Assembly (NCBI RefSeq): GCF_004010195.1
Contig: NC_057759.1
Span: 2,107,237 to 2,171,236 of the forward strand
Origin: Chiloscyllium plagiosum
Lineage: Eukaryota
DNA length: 64,000 bases
Direction of reading: 5' to 3'
The notes under the pieces were generated by a model. The model had not been told where the DNA came from, did not search any database, and saw only the letters and a program-made list of their open reading frames with translations. This document shows, piece by piece, positions 39,151 to 52,700 of the stretch. A program made the translations under genes and the position numbers. Position 1 is the first letter of the stretch. Each line of letters opens with the position of its first letter.

Positions 39151-39624
39151 TTCCCACTTAAAACCTTCTCAGAAGTCCTTCGCTCCTCCCTCGCACCTCT
39201 CGGCAAAATCATAGAAAGGCAAGGAGAAACAGAGAGATATACAGAGGGGCATGGTCATAAAGAAACATGGTCATACAGAAACATAGAGAAACACAAGATC
39301 ACAGAGTCATCGAGATTAATCAACATAGACAAAGAGTTAAAGCAAGTTATGGGCAGTCAAACACACAGAGAGATAGATGTATAGAGAGACCTCGCGGTTT
39401 GTACAAGGTGCCTCACTGGGAGACGGAACTTTTCCTGTCCCCCTCCACCCCCCAATAACACCATCCTGACCCTCGGGAACGGGACATGTTGACACAGTCC
39501 GCTCTCCCTCGACGCTTTTCCTTCCCGCGTGGCCCCGGCGCCATTTTAGCTTCAGGCCCCGCGCGAGATGGCGGTTAACGGCCGCCTCGTGCCCCAAGTG
39601 ACCGTTAGCCGCTGCTTCAGGGTG

Positions 39625-40284
39625 TGAGAATCAGAACTCACTTATAAATCAGCCGGAGACAAAGCCATGGAAACAAGGTAAATCTATTACAAGTTGACTC
39701 CGCTTTCTCTCTGTCTGTCTCTGGACAGATGCTGCCAGGCCTGAAGCACAAACAAGATCCTCGGGGGTGAGTCCGAGTTCAGGATCCTGTTAAGGTTCGG
39801 TTGGCAGATGGATGACAGTGTGGGAGGGTATGCAATGGGTTTTGAAGAATAGTGGCGGAGACTGTTTCCTAAATGGGGAAAGGTTTCGGAAATCTGAAGC
39901 ACAAAGGTATGAGAAACAAAAGCTCACTCACTTTAATAATTTCAGTCCGAGACCAAATATCTGAATCAGTCGTTTTTTTGTACACATGCAAGTGGGTGCC
40001 CTGTCCAATTGCCAGGTACGGGAATTAGAAATGCACAGTATATCCCAACAAACTCTTGCAATTTATACTGTTTCTTTTCCCATATGTTTTCCTTATTCCA
40101 TTGTTTGTTCCCTGCTTCGCTTACGTCACTCATTTCCTTCAGACTGATCCCACAACTTCTGTTTTTCCTGTCTTGTCCGTGACAAACTCTTATCTCTGAC
40201 TCCCATAAGGGTGTTTGACGTCAGTCTACTGTAGGTCATTGATTAGGCATATCTTTTCTTCTATCAGCATCTATTTCTATTTCA
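39625..40284 (-). mobile_element. Two inverted ERV LTR pieces (39625-39678, 39910-~40284) within a CR1 fragment
   Basis: Reverse complements end aagtgagttctgattctCA and gagtgagcttttgtttctCA, matching the LTR end at 40968-41019. Confidence 0.7.
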
Positions 40285-40433
40285 GTTGGCAGTTAGGAAG
40301 GCAAATGTAATGTTAGCATTCATCTTGGGAGGGTTAGAATACAAGAGCAGGGATGTACTGCTGAGGCTGTATAAGGCTCTGGTCAGACCACATTTGGGAC
40401 ATTGTGAGCAGTTTTGGGCCCCCATCTCAGGAA

Positions 40434-41019
40434 TATGGGAGATTAGAAATGTAGTTTCTGCAAGTAGTGGTGGTTAGAGATGTTATTTTTGCAGATGGGT
40501 GAGGGGGTGTTGTGGGTAAGGGGAAGGGAAACATTACACAAACGGTTGCGGGATTCTTGCAGCATACTTAAGGCTAAGATTTTAACGCATATAGAAGTTT
40601 TTGTTTAAGAAATAATTTTAAACTAAGAAATAACTTTAAAGTGTTGTAGTTGACCACAAAAGAAGCAGTAGGGGCATTTCAGTATAAAGCTTATAGTATG
40701 ATAAGAGAAACTGGATAAAAGAACAAGCTGTAACAAACAAGGAACAAAAAATGCAGACATACAAGGACAGCAGGATGGTCAGATAAGAAAATAACTAGAG
40801 AAAAGAAACAAGTGAGGTAATTGGCTTATGATAGGATGGGAAAAGGGAGGCGTGATTCCACAACTTGCAAACTGAATAAGAATGCTTACGTGCTTTGTAT
40901 TTGTGCGCATTTTTTGCTTGATTGCAGAGACGTCTGGTACTTGCAAGGCTGTAATAAAAGGCCGTTCTTGTTTCCAAGGTTTTGTCTCTGGCTGATTTGT
41001 GAGTGAGTTTTGTTTCTCA
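40434..41019 (+). mobile_element. ERV 5' LTR
   Basis: AATAAA at 40953, ends tttctCA, immediately followed by a PBS; left edge approximate. Confidence 0.75.
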
Positions 41020-41023
41020 AAAT

Positions 41024-41043
41024 TGGGGGGCCTCACCCGGGAT
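41024..41043 (+). other. Primer binding site, tRNA-Pro-like
   Basis: tggggggcctcacccgggat resembles TGGGGGCTCGTCCGGGAT. Confidence 0.7.
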
Positions 41044-41588
41044 CCAAAACTCCAAACGCTCGACACTCTTGGGATGACGGGGAAGGTGCACCTCGCCAAT
41101 TTCGGCGATCTCCAACTCCCTTGTTTGCCATTCGCGGTTTGGGTGAGTACGATCCGGACTGGGAGACCCTGGAAACAAGGCGGGCAGACGCAGCGGGTTC
41201 GGTCAGGCAACTCTTGTGCACAAGACCCGGGTAGGGAAAGGTCTTAAAGGATATATCCGGGCGATCGGGGGCAGCGGTATTTGCTGCAGGAATTGCCGCG
41301 AGAAGGGGCACACCGAAATGACCAGGTAACTCTGTGCATAGACCAAGGTAAGAAAAGAGACCTTTAAGTATTGCCCTGGTGGTCGGGACGTACGGAAAGC
41401 ACGGGGAATTGGCGATATATAAAATAAAGCATATGTCAATGGAAAACAACCCGGGTCAGAAGGGCTAGTATCTGAAGGGCTACTGAGGGTGCACTTCGTA
41501 ACTAACTTATGACCAGACGTCCGTAAAAATATTCAAAAGCTACAGGAGTCGTTGCGGGAAGCTCAAAGTGTCTGTGAGACACGGTGCC

Positions 41589-41627
<39 letters not shown>

Positions 41628-41761
41628 AGAGCTGTACAGTTAGTAGAAAGTTTAACCCTTTGTGATTCGGTTTGAATGCATATTTGTTTGTTGGTGATTG
41701 AATGTTAACAGTTGAAGATTCAAAAAGCGTATAATTGGCTAGATTAATTAAATTTACAATA

Positions 41762-42300
41762 ATGGGAGGCAAGGGGAGTTGCCTGTATAATGATCAATCT
41801 GCAAATAACGTTAAAGGGGGATATATCCCACCCGACAGTTCTTTGGGGAGAATGTTGGGTAACTGGGAACACAACTCCCAGTCGGGGGAGAAAGATAAGG
41901 CTACAATGATAAACTATTGTTGTTTCGTTTGGACAAGAGAAAGTATTAAGGTGCCCTGGTATTTTTTTGGCCCAAATGTGGGTCCGATGAGATTGGCTGT
42001 GTCAAAAACTTAATATATATGTCAATTGAAAAGAACCGTACAGTCAAAAAGAGTCCGATTATGCGGCTTGTTGGATAGGGAGCGCGGGAGTAAAATTATG
42101 TCCCATGAATACGGAGGAATCCGGAAACGAACAGAAAAAGAATGAACAAGGGAAACCACATTGGGATCTCTTAACATGTTTGCCGCCCCCATATACTACT
42201 CCCCGGAACGAACCTACAGCTCCCGAAGTAGAACCGAGTCCAGACACAGAAAGGGGAACTAAAAGATGCAGAACCTAGGGGATAAGAATCACTCGAGCCA
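41762..42300 (+). pseudogene. gag: ERV gag 5' part (matrix + late domains); capsid and nucleocapsid missing
   Basis: MGGKGS myristoylation start, PPDSSLGRML..W, PPPY 42183-42194, PTAP 42213-42224. Confidence 0.8.
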
Positions 42301-42337
42301 CCACACGTAAAGGAGGGGCAGAGATAATGGCGTTAAA

Positions 42338-45300
42338 TTGACTAAAGAGTATCTTAAGGTTTCCGGAGTAAAAGGCGAAGAATTCTTGGTGCCTATTTTT
42401 GAACAAACCCTAATTAGAAGAAATGATGAGGAAGTGATAGGGCAATTACTATATATTCCTGACATTGGAAGTAATCTATTAGGTAGGGATTTGATTATAT
42501 TGCTGGGCTTAAAAATTGGGGTGGAGGATAGTGCAGTAACTGTAACGATGGCTATGTTAACACCTAGTGAAGAAAAACAAATCAGCCCTGACGTGTGGGC
42601 GAAAGCGGATAACACAGGGCATCTAATTATTACTCCGTTGGTCATTACATTGACTCGAGAAGATGAGACGGTTCAGGTTAGACAATACCCTATATCGTTG
42701 GAAGACTGTAGAGGACTGCAACCAGTTATAGATTCTTTGGTAAAAACTGGACTGTTAGAACAATGTATATCGCCCTTTAATACCCCAATACTGCCCGTCT
42801 GCAAACCAGATGGAACCTATCGATTGGTGCAGGATCTTAGGGCATTGAACCAATTGGTTCAAACACGACACCTGGTGGTACCTAATCCATATACTTTGCT
42901 AGGCAAAATACCATGTAACCACCACTGGTTTAGTGTAATAGATTTAAAAGATGCATTCTGGGCTTGTGACTTTCTGGGGCCAGAGCACGACATGTTTGCT
43001 TTTGAATGGGAAAACCCATACACTGGTAGAAAACAACAGTTCCGATGGACGGTACTTCCCCAGGGATTCACAGAATCACCTAATCTATTCGGGCAAGTAC
43101 TGGAACAGGTCCTGGAACAACATAAAATGCCTCGGGGAACGTCATTGTTACAATATGTGGACGATTTACTTGTATCAGGACAAAAAAGAAATGACGCGAG
43201 TTTAGCCATCAATAGACTGTTAAATTTCCGAGGGCAACAGGGTTTAAGAGTCTCTAGGAATAAATTGCAATATGTAGAGAAAGAGGTGAAATACTTAGGA
43301 CATCTTATTAATGAGGGCACTAGGCGCATTAACCCTGAGAGAATTAAAGGGATAGTAGAACTGCCCCTTCCAACCACCAAACGAGAATTACAGACGTTCT
43401 TGGGGCTGGTGGGCTATTGTAGATAATGGATACAAGCATATGCCCAGAAAACGAAGTGGTTATATTACAAATTGACAGAATCTGAACATGAAAGACTGCA
43501 CTGGACAGAAGAAGAAAAGGAAGGGTTACATGAGTTGAAGCGTAGTCTAATATGAGCTCCGGTGTTGGCCCTTCCCTCCCTAGATAAACCATTCCAACTT
43601 TTTGTGACAGTAAATGATGGTGCAGTCTTAGGAGTGTTAACCCAGAAAGGAGGGGGAAAGAGACAGCCCATAGCCTTCCTGTCCAAGATCTTGGACCCTG
43701 TCTCGAGAGGATGGCCTGAATGTATACAGGCAGTAGCAGCCACTGCCATACTGGTAGAGGAAAGCTGTAAACTTACTTTTGGAGGGGCGCTAGTTGTTAG
43801 TATCCCCCATCAAGTTAGAACTGTGTTCAACCAAAAGGCAGGGAGATGGTTGACAGACTCACAAATCTTAAAATATGAAGCCATCCTGATGGAGAGAGAT
43901 GACCTTGTGTTAGCAACAGACACCTGTCTAAATCCAGCCACCTTCCTATGGAAAGGAGAACCTCTGGACAACTGAGAATTAGAACATGGCTGTCTGGATA
44001 TCATAGAGTATCAAACCAAAGTTAGACAGGACCTAAAGGATATCCCCTTACATGACAGGGACAGACTGTTTGTTTATTTATAGACTGGTCATCAAGAGTA
44101 GTACAAGGAAAAAGACACAATGGATATGCAGTAGTGGACGGTAACGAGAATCGAACGGTTGAGGCTGACCGGTTGCCTAACACATGGTCGGCCCAGACTT
44201 GAGTTGTATGCATTAAACCAAGCTTTAAAACAATTAGAGAACCGAGATGGGACAATTTACACCGACTCTAAGTATGCCTATGGGGTGGTACATACCTTTG
44301 GAAAAATATGGCAAGAACGTGGACTAATCAATAGCCGGGGAAAGGAATTAATACATGAAGAGTTGATAGGACAAGTGTTGAAAAATTTGGAATTACCCTG
44401 GGAAATAGCTATGGTCCATGTACCTGTGTATCAGAAGGGCAACACTCTAGAAGCAAGAGGGAATAGGCTAGCAGACAAGGCAGCCAAAGAGGCAGCTATG
44501 AGCCATACAGTAACAAAAATACGGGTTCTCACACCCATAGTCGAGTCCCCTTCCGTGAACCCCGTGTACCCTGAAGAAGAGGAAAAGGAATTCCAGGAAA
44601 TGGGGGCCACTAAGACAAACAAGGAAGATGGATCCTCCCGGATGGAAGGGAGTTATTAAATAAACCAGTCATGAGAAACATCCTAACCACCTTGCACCAA
44701 GGCAGTCATTGGGGCTCCCAAGCTATGTGTAACATAGTATTAAGAAAGTACGGATGTAAAGGGATATACACATTAGCCAAGCAGGTATGCGCAGGATGCC
44801 CCACTTGCCAAAAGATTAATAAGAAAGTAACAAGAGGGGGGCCAAGAGGTGGAAGAAACCCTGAGGTAAGACCTTTTCAAAGAATACAGGTAGATTACAC
44901 AGAATTACCCCCAGTAGGGAAACAAATGTACTTATTAGTCCTAATGGATCACTAACTGGGTGGGTGGAGGCATTTCCAATGTCCTCAGCTACCTCGAAGG
45001 GAGTAGTGAAAATTCTTTTAGAACATATAATTCCTCGATATGGAGTGCTGGAAAGTATAGATTTAGACCAAGGTAGCCATTTTACCTTTAAGATCCTACA
45101 AGAAGTAATGGCGGGATTAGAAATCTCTTGGGAATTCCACACTCCTTGGCACTCGCCTTCAACTGGACGGTTGGAACGAATGAATCAAATCTTAAAGAAG
45201 CAATTGTCTAGGCTTGTCCTAGAGACTCGATTGCCATGGACAAAAGGTTTACCTATTGCGTTGCTACACATTAGGACTGCGCCTAGGCACGATATTGGCC

Positions 45301-45702
45301 TCTCTCCTTATGAGATGATGTTTGGACTACCTTTCTTGGTTGGAAGAGGGGAATTACCAACTGTAGAGTTCAATGATAAGTTTTTAAAGAACTATATTGT
45401 GGCGCTCGGCTCTTCTTTGTCTGTCCTTAGGAAGACGTGTCTGTTGACCCAGACGCCTCCACTTGAGTTCGCAGTGCATCGGATATGACCAGGTGATTGG
45501 GTCCTGATAAAGACCTGGAAAGATACCAAACTGCATCCAAGCTAGGAGGGACCATTCCTAACCCTCCTGACGACTAAAACAGCCATCCGAATTGCTGAAA
45601 AAGGGTGGAGTCATCACACACGTGTTAAGGGCCCCGTGGATGCTCCTTCCCCTTCGGCAGAGTGGCAAGCTCATCCTACAGACAACTCTCTGAAAGTCAA
45701 GC
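42338..45702 (+). pseudogene. pol: ERV pro-pol (partial protease, RT, RNase H, integrase) with stops and frameshifts; class I (gamma/epsilon-like)
   Basis: NLLGRD; YRLVQDLR, DLKDAF, LPQGF, YVDD; YTDSKYA, GNRLAD; HHCC, QVDYT..DQGSHF..GRLERMN. Confidence 0.95.
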
Positions 45703-45832
45703 ACTGAAACAGCCATCCGAATTGCTGAAAAAGGGTGGAGTCATCACACACATGTTAAGGGCCCCATGGATGCTCCTTCCCCTTCGGCAGAGTGGCAAGC
45801 TCATCCTACAGACAACTCTCTGAAAGTCAAGC
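45573..45832. repeat. 130-bp near-perfect tandem duplication at the end of integrase
   Basis: act.aaacagccatccga... at 45573 and 45703. Confidence 0.95.
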
Positions 45833-45978
45833 TGAGCAAAAAGAATGGACTGAGATAAGAGACTATTAAGTATTGGTTAAAAAAACTGTATCCCAAAACA
45901 ATTGTAAGTGTTGCATGGACTCACTTCTTCCTGGCATACAAAGGGTTAGGGAATAGACAGATAGGGTTGTGAGCTGAA

Positions 45979-46330
45979 ATGAGTAGTCAGCTTTATATTG
46001 TCACAATAATATTGGCGCTAGCTGCCAAGGGGGGCGGTGGGAAAAATCATTTTACCGCTTAATGTCAGAATTATGCTAAACTAAAGGGGCATACCGACTG
46101 TTGGGTATGTGCTGAAATCCCACACCATGGGGAATCCGGAATTCCTCTCACGGTAATACCACTTACCAAAGAAGAAGTGTACGATGTACAACAATTTGAC
46201 TCGGGCTCAAATGATACAACTTGGAGATTGAAAGGGGTAATTATAACTTTGCGGGATGGTTCCCTCGACCAGTCCCGAAAACTCTGGGTGCTATCGATGG
46301 CCTTAGAGTTTCCCCACCAAAAGGAGCAGT
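45979..46330 (+). pseudogene. env: ERV env 5' fragment
   Basis: Hydrophobic signal-like start; TDCWVC (CXXC) at 46099-46110; truncated. Confidence 0.65.
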
Positions 46331-46389
46331 AAATACCACCATTCAGCCCATCCAGTCTGTCCCAAGCCAATGAAGAGGATCCCACCCAG

Positions 46390-46780
46390 TCCTGACCCTA
46401 CCCCACCATAACCCTGTATTAACCATGGCCAATCCCCCTAACCTGCACATCATAGTATCCTACAGGGTGGAAGCAGGCCTTTTAGCCCATTGGTTCTATA
46501 TATTGACCCTCTGAATAGCAACCAACCCAGACCCACCACCTCTCCAGTCCCTGTCACACTGCATTTCCCATGACTAATCCTCCTAGCGTGCATAACTCTC
46601 ACACTATGGCAAGGCCAATCCATACTGCATGTCTTTGGACTGTGGGAGGAAACCGGAGCACCCAGAGAAAACCCATGCAGAGAAGGAGAGAATGTGCAAA
46701 CTCCCAATAACAGTCACCTGAGGCTGGAATTGTTCCTGTGTCCCTGGAGCTGTGAGGCAGCAATGCTAACCACTGTGCGA
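46390..46780 (-). mobile_element. HE1-type V-SINE
   Basis: gactgtgggaggaaaccggagcaccc...tgcaaactcc...gctaaccactgtgc. Confidence 0.88.
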
Positions 46781-49700
46781 CCCAATGATTTTGCCACTGG
46801 CTATGCCGGGCTTGGTTAGCTCAGTTGATTCTATAGTAGGCTTACAATGTGCAGTCACATTGACAGCATGCGTTCAACTGCTGCTCTGGTTGAGATTGCT
46901 CTGAGTGATCATTCCCTTTGCTTTAGATGTGGTGTCCTTCAGGTTAAACTATAAAACAGCTGTTTGCTTTTTCTCTCCCACACCTCTTTCTCCCTCTGTC
47001 TAATGAGACAATGGTGACTTTACATTAACCGCCTGCTAAAAACATAACTCTGGTGATTAAAAATTAATTGCCCTCTTTTTCACTGCAAAATAACTTGTAT
47101 GTTTCTTCCCTGATGCATTATTGGAGTGAGCTGTAAATAAAAGACACTTTACCAACGGTACATATCTAAACGAAGTAGATGCACAGGGAGCATTACCAGC
47201 ATATTGCCTTGGGGCCTGGAGAGTTGTGATTGAGAGGTTGGACAGACTGGGGTTGTTATCCTTACAGCAGAGGGATTGAAAGAGAGGGATGTATAAAATG
47301 ATGAGGGATGAAGATAGGGGAGGCAGGAAGAAACTTCCCTGCTTGATGGAGGTGGGGGAGGGGTAGAGCTTGAAGGTAAGGGCCAGGAAGTTTTGAAGGG
47401 ATGTGAGGAAAATCTTGTTCACCCAGAGGGTGGTGTGCAATCTGGAAGTCACTGTCTGTAAGGATGGGAAACACAGAAACTCTCATCACATTGAAGGAGG
47501 ATTTAAATGTGCACTCGTGACGCCAAGGCTATGGAGCCAAGTGCTGGGGAAATGGGATAAGAGAATATTGAGGTGGTTGTTTCTGACCAGCACAGACTCG
47601 GGCCTCTTTCTGGGCTTCAGACTTCTGGGAAATTATGACTAACTAACTTTGAGATGTGTAAACTACATCCAAGATACCATCTAGCGTGATTTTGTACATT
47701 TCGTGTTCAGAGATGAGGGGTTTGTTTTTGAAAGAGAGATTCAGCAGTTAAGGCCAATATGCTCTGGAGTTTAGAGGAATAAAGGAGATCCAACTGAGGG
47801 ATATAGGGTGGTAAAGGAGGTGGGATTGTCAAAGGAGACAGAGAGGCTGTTTCCTCAGGTGTGACAATTTAGAACGAGAGGGCCATTGTTTCAGGAGAAA
47901 GGGGGGGTGGGACAGATTGAAATGAGAGACAGGAGAAGGGGATGGAACAGATTGAAACAGGAGATGTTGAGAAATGGCTTCTCTCCAAGGTAGAAGGGGT
48001 GGGAATCTCTGGGAATTCACTTCCCAGTATGTGGGGGCATGTCGGGACACTAACAATCTGTCTGTCCCCTCCTTCAATTTATTCAATCAGTGAAGGGTTT
48101 AAGGGAGGGGGGCAGGAATCTGCAGTGAGGCTAGGATGAGATCAGCTGCAGCTGTATAGAATGGGGGAAGCAGGGTCCCCAGGGCTCCGAGCCCGCATGT
48201 TGTGTTGATCGTCCAGCTGCCTGAACACTTTTTTTTAGTTTGGCTGGCTCATAGCACATGCTCAAAGTTCTGAATCTGAGGGCCTAAACTGTGTGATGCA
48301 TCACAGGCTATTAGTTTCTTATTAACCAAGACCATAATATACAGCAGGCATTCGGCCCATCAAGTCTGCTCTGCCATTCCGCCATGGCTGATATGTTTGT
48401 TAACCCCATTTTCCTGCCTTCTCTCTGTAACAGTTGATCCTCGTACAGATCAAGAACCTATCTCTGTCTTAAAGACATAATGACAGCCGTTCCACACATT
48501 CCCCACTGTCTGGCTGAAGAAATTCCTCTTTATCTCCGTTCTAAAGGGAGTTCCCTTCACTCTGAGGCTGTGCCTTTGGGTCTTAGTCTCTCCTACTCGT
48601 GGAAACATCTTCTCTATGTACACTCTATCCGGGCCTCTCAGTATTCTCCAAGTTTCAACCAGATTCACCCTCACCCTTCTAAACAAGTCCATACTCATAT
48701 TCCTCAACCTCTCCTCGTATGACAAGCTCTTCATCCCTGGGATTTTTCTTGTAAATCCTTCTCAAAGGGAAACTTGTAGAGGGTGGGTGTTCCCACGTAT
48801 CTGCTGCACTTGTCCTTCTAGATAGAAGTGGTCATGGGTTTCTCCTCGTATGACAAGCTCTTCATCCCTGGGATTTTTCTTGTAAATCCTTCCTCAATAC
48901 TATCTGTCCTTCCACCTATCGTTATGTCATCAAAGAAACACTCAGAGCAATGAAATGAAACACTCCTCATGTGAATGATGCTGGACGCAGAGCAAATGGC
49001 TCCTTGCCCCCAAAGACCAAGGCCAGAAGGGACCATTCTCAAACAATAAGCTGTTGTACTGGGGCAATCTACAGATTGATGTACCAGGGCCTAAAATGTA
49101 GGAATCCCCTGAAAACAAGATGCAAGGTAAAGAAATTAGCCATCAGTGTAAAGTTCCCTATTCCAATTCACATTGCCCTGTTATTAATTTAGTTGACATA
49201 GATGGAACATCTCTATGATTTACATGGTTTACAATCATCATTATTATCGATGATTAATAAATTCAAATGTAAAAAGATTCAAAAAGCTTGGGCAGACCTT
49301 CGCTCCATGCTATAAGCAAGAGAAACACTAGTCTTCTTTAAAAGTGGCTGGGTTTTTAAGGGTTAAGATAAACCAAAGAAAATCTCCACTTTCACTGAAC
49401 CAGAAATGTTATAAAGTATATATATATATTATATTCTTTACCAGCCTTTCTTGGTTTGAGATGGTGAAAACTGAGTACACCAAACTGCTATCTGTTTTGG
49501 AGTCATCTATAATCAAAAAACAATAAGCAAAGTGAACCAAAAGATTTGAGATCAGAATATTAAAATAACAGCAAACAATGCCTCAAAATTAAATATGGAC
49601 TGATAATTAAGGTCACATCCCCAACCCAACAGTAATATAAACCTAAGCTCTTGGCTATATAGCAACATTTTCAAAGCAGTTCATGAATCAGATGACTCAA

Positions 49701-52700
49701 TAGCATTGAATGTGTATTTTGCATCAACATTCACTACAAAGTTTGCGCCTACCCTCTCAAAACAAGCTCACATAGGGAAGGTGGAGGCCCTGGGGTAATT
49801 TACAACCTTTTTTATTACTAATCATTCATGACATATGGGCATCACCCACTAAACCCTATGTTTATTGCCCAACTCATCCCTAGTTGCCTACTTGAGAAGG
49901 TAGGGATAAGCTGCTTTCTTGAACTGCTGCAGTCCATGCACTGTAGATAGATATGCATTGCCCTGAGGGAGGGAATTCCAGGATTTTGACCCAATGACAC
50001 TAGAGGAACAGTGTTATATTTCCAAATCAGGACACTGAGTGACCCAAAGGGAAACTTGTAGAGGGTGGGTGTTCCCACGTATCTGCTGCACTTGTCCTTC
50101 TAGATAGAAGTGGTCATGGGTTTTGAAGATGTTGCCTGAGGATCTTTGTTGTACTTTTGCAGTACATCTTGGTATTGCTGCTACTGAGCACGGGTAGTAG
50201 GGTGGGTAGATGCTTGTGGATGTGGTTCCCAGGAAGTGGGGACTGCTTTTTCCCTTGATGATGTTGAGCTTTTCGAATATTGTTGGAGCTGCAACCATCC
50301 AGGCAAATAGGGAGCATTCCATCACACTCCTGACTTGAGACTAAGATATTTGGAATGGCTCAATCAGGGAAGACTGTGACCGTGTATATCCCTTTTAAGG
50401 AATAAAGGAATAAAATCATGAAGAATCAATATTGTTCTATCTTCCTCAGATGGATCCCAGGGTTTACCCTACAAATTCCAAGTTCAATCACACCCATCGC
50501 GCACAGCCTCCCTCAAATATATGGGAAGCGTTTGATTTTCTGCCGTTTAGTAATAATTCTCAAAGTACCCCCTTGTTCGAGAATCTCGAGGTTTATAAAC
50601 AAAATGATTAGTTGCCATCCTGTATCCCTATGTTCTTCACTGAAGAGTACATGGCTCCAGCACAGCTGAAAACTAAAGGGTCAAAAGAAAAGATGGAAAG
50701 TTGTCTTCAACAGCAGTCAGACAGTCCCCAGGTGGGAAATAATATCTGTCCCTGCTGAGTTTCTCCAACAATTTCTTTTCATTTCTGACATCCATTGCCT
50801 GAAGAAAGCTAATGGAATGCTGGCCTTTATATTGAGAGGACTGGAGTGCAGGGATGCAGAAGGGATGCTGCAGTTATACAAAACCCTGGTTAGACCCCAC
50901 TTGGAGCAGATCTGGGCACCACACCTGAGGAAGGATAGATTGGCCTGGGAGTACAGTGTGAGTTTACAAGATTGATATCTGGGCTTCAGGGGTTAAGTTA
51001 TGAGGTGAGATTACACAAATTAAGCCTTTTCTGTCCAGCATTTACAGTGTTTAGGGATGATCTGATCAAAGATATTAACAGGAGAAAACGGTATAGAAAT
51101 TGACAGCATTTCCACTGGTTGGGGATCCTTGAACGAGGGAGGGCATTGCTGGAGAATTAGGGACAGACTGTTCAGGAGAGATGTTAGGAAGTACTACTAC
51201 GCACAAAGACTGGGAGAGGTTTGGAACTCTCTTCCACAAACAGCAGGCATTGATGGATCAGTTGTTAGTTTTAAATCTGAGACAATTTTTTTTTTTGTTG
51301 TGCAGCAAAGTTATTAAAGGGGATAGGGGCACGGGCAGGTCTATGGAGTCAGGTCACAGATCTGCCATTGAATGGTGGAACAGAAACAAGGGGCTGAATG
51401 GCTTCCTCCTGCTCCTTTATACAAATATTCCACATTAATAAATCATGGAATCCCCTGCAGTTACAAAGTGGCATTTCAAATAGAAACTGAAAGTCCAAAT
51501 ATTTTATTTTCACATGTTCCAGATTCCCACCATTCTCTGGGTGAAACAATCCTCAAATCCCTCTCTCAATCTCTTTCCCTTCACTTTAAAATGATGTCCC
51601 CCCTTGTTACTGACCCTTTTACTAAGGGAAACAGCTGCTTCCTGTCCCCCTGTCCATGTCCCTCATAATAGCATCATAGAGTCATACAGCAAGAAAACAG
51701 ACCCTTCAACTCCAACACTCAATGGTGTGAGCAATGAAGGCAAGTGTTCTAAACACCTTCTCAAACACCCTGTCTACCTGTGACACAAACCCCAAAGAAT
51801 TATATACCTGAACCCGTAGATCTCTCTGCTGTACAAAACTACCAATCTTACAGACCTCTATCATGACCCGTCCACCATCAACGTTCTCTGTTGTTCAGGA
51901 AACAACCCAAACTTCCTTCCAACGCTTCCAGAGATTTGTTTTTGTTGATCTTCCCAATCAGATGAGTACCAGCATGAACACTGACCAAGACATGATGATG
52001 TAGGATCAACAGCTCACAGATTCACATTCACCATTCAATAGACTTGACCCGATCTCTGCATATTCAAAATTTCTTGCAGGTCTGTCCTCACTCATGCCCT
52101 CAGCTCGATTTCTCATCACCTCCCTTGGAATGAAATATTTCCAGACCATTACCCAACTGAGTCCCAATCCCACTCGTGACAACAATTTGCTGCTGTTTGC
52201 GTGCAAAAATCCCTGGCAACAAGGTCACTGAGCCAAGGTCCCAAGGATTGACCTCCTGGAATTGTCCGGAATTTGGTTCAGAACTTCTATGTTCATAGAA
52301 TCATAAACTTTTACTGTACGGAAGAAGGCCACTCGTGTCTGTACCAGCTCCTGAAAGAGCTACCCAGCTAATCCCACTCTCCAGCCCTATCTCTGAAGTC
52401 CTCTAACGTCATCCCTTTCAAATTTATATCCAGCTCTCTTTTCGAACCTCCTATGGAATCTGCCTCCCAAGCAGCACATTCCAAACTCAACAACCCAATA
52501 TGTTTCTCCTCGTCTCATTCTCTCACTGATAATCTTGAAATTCTTTCCAGCCAGTTACTAATATACCAATGAATGGGAAACAATAACTTGCTTTCCCGTC
52601 AGAATTGTTCAAATTTTCAACACCTCAATAAGGTCACCACTTCATCTTCTCTGCTCAAAAGAGAATAAGCTCAATCTCCTGAACCTTGCCCTGTATCTAA

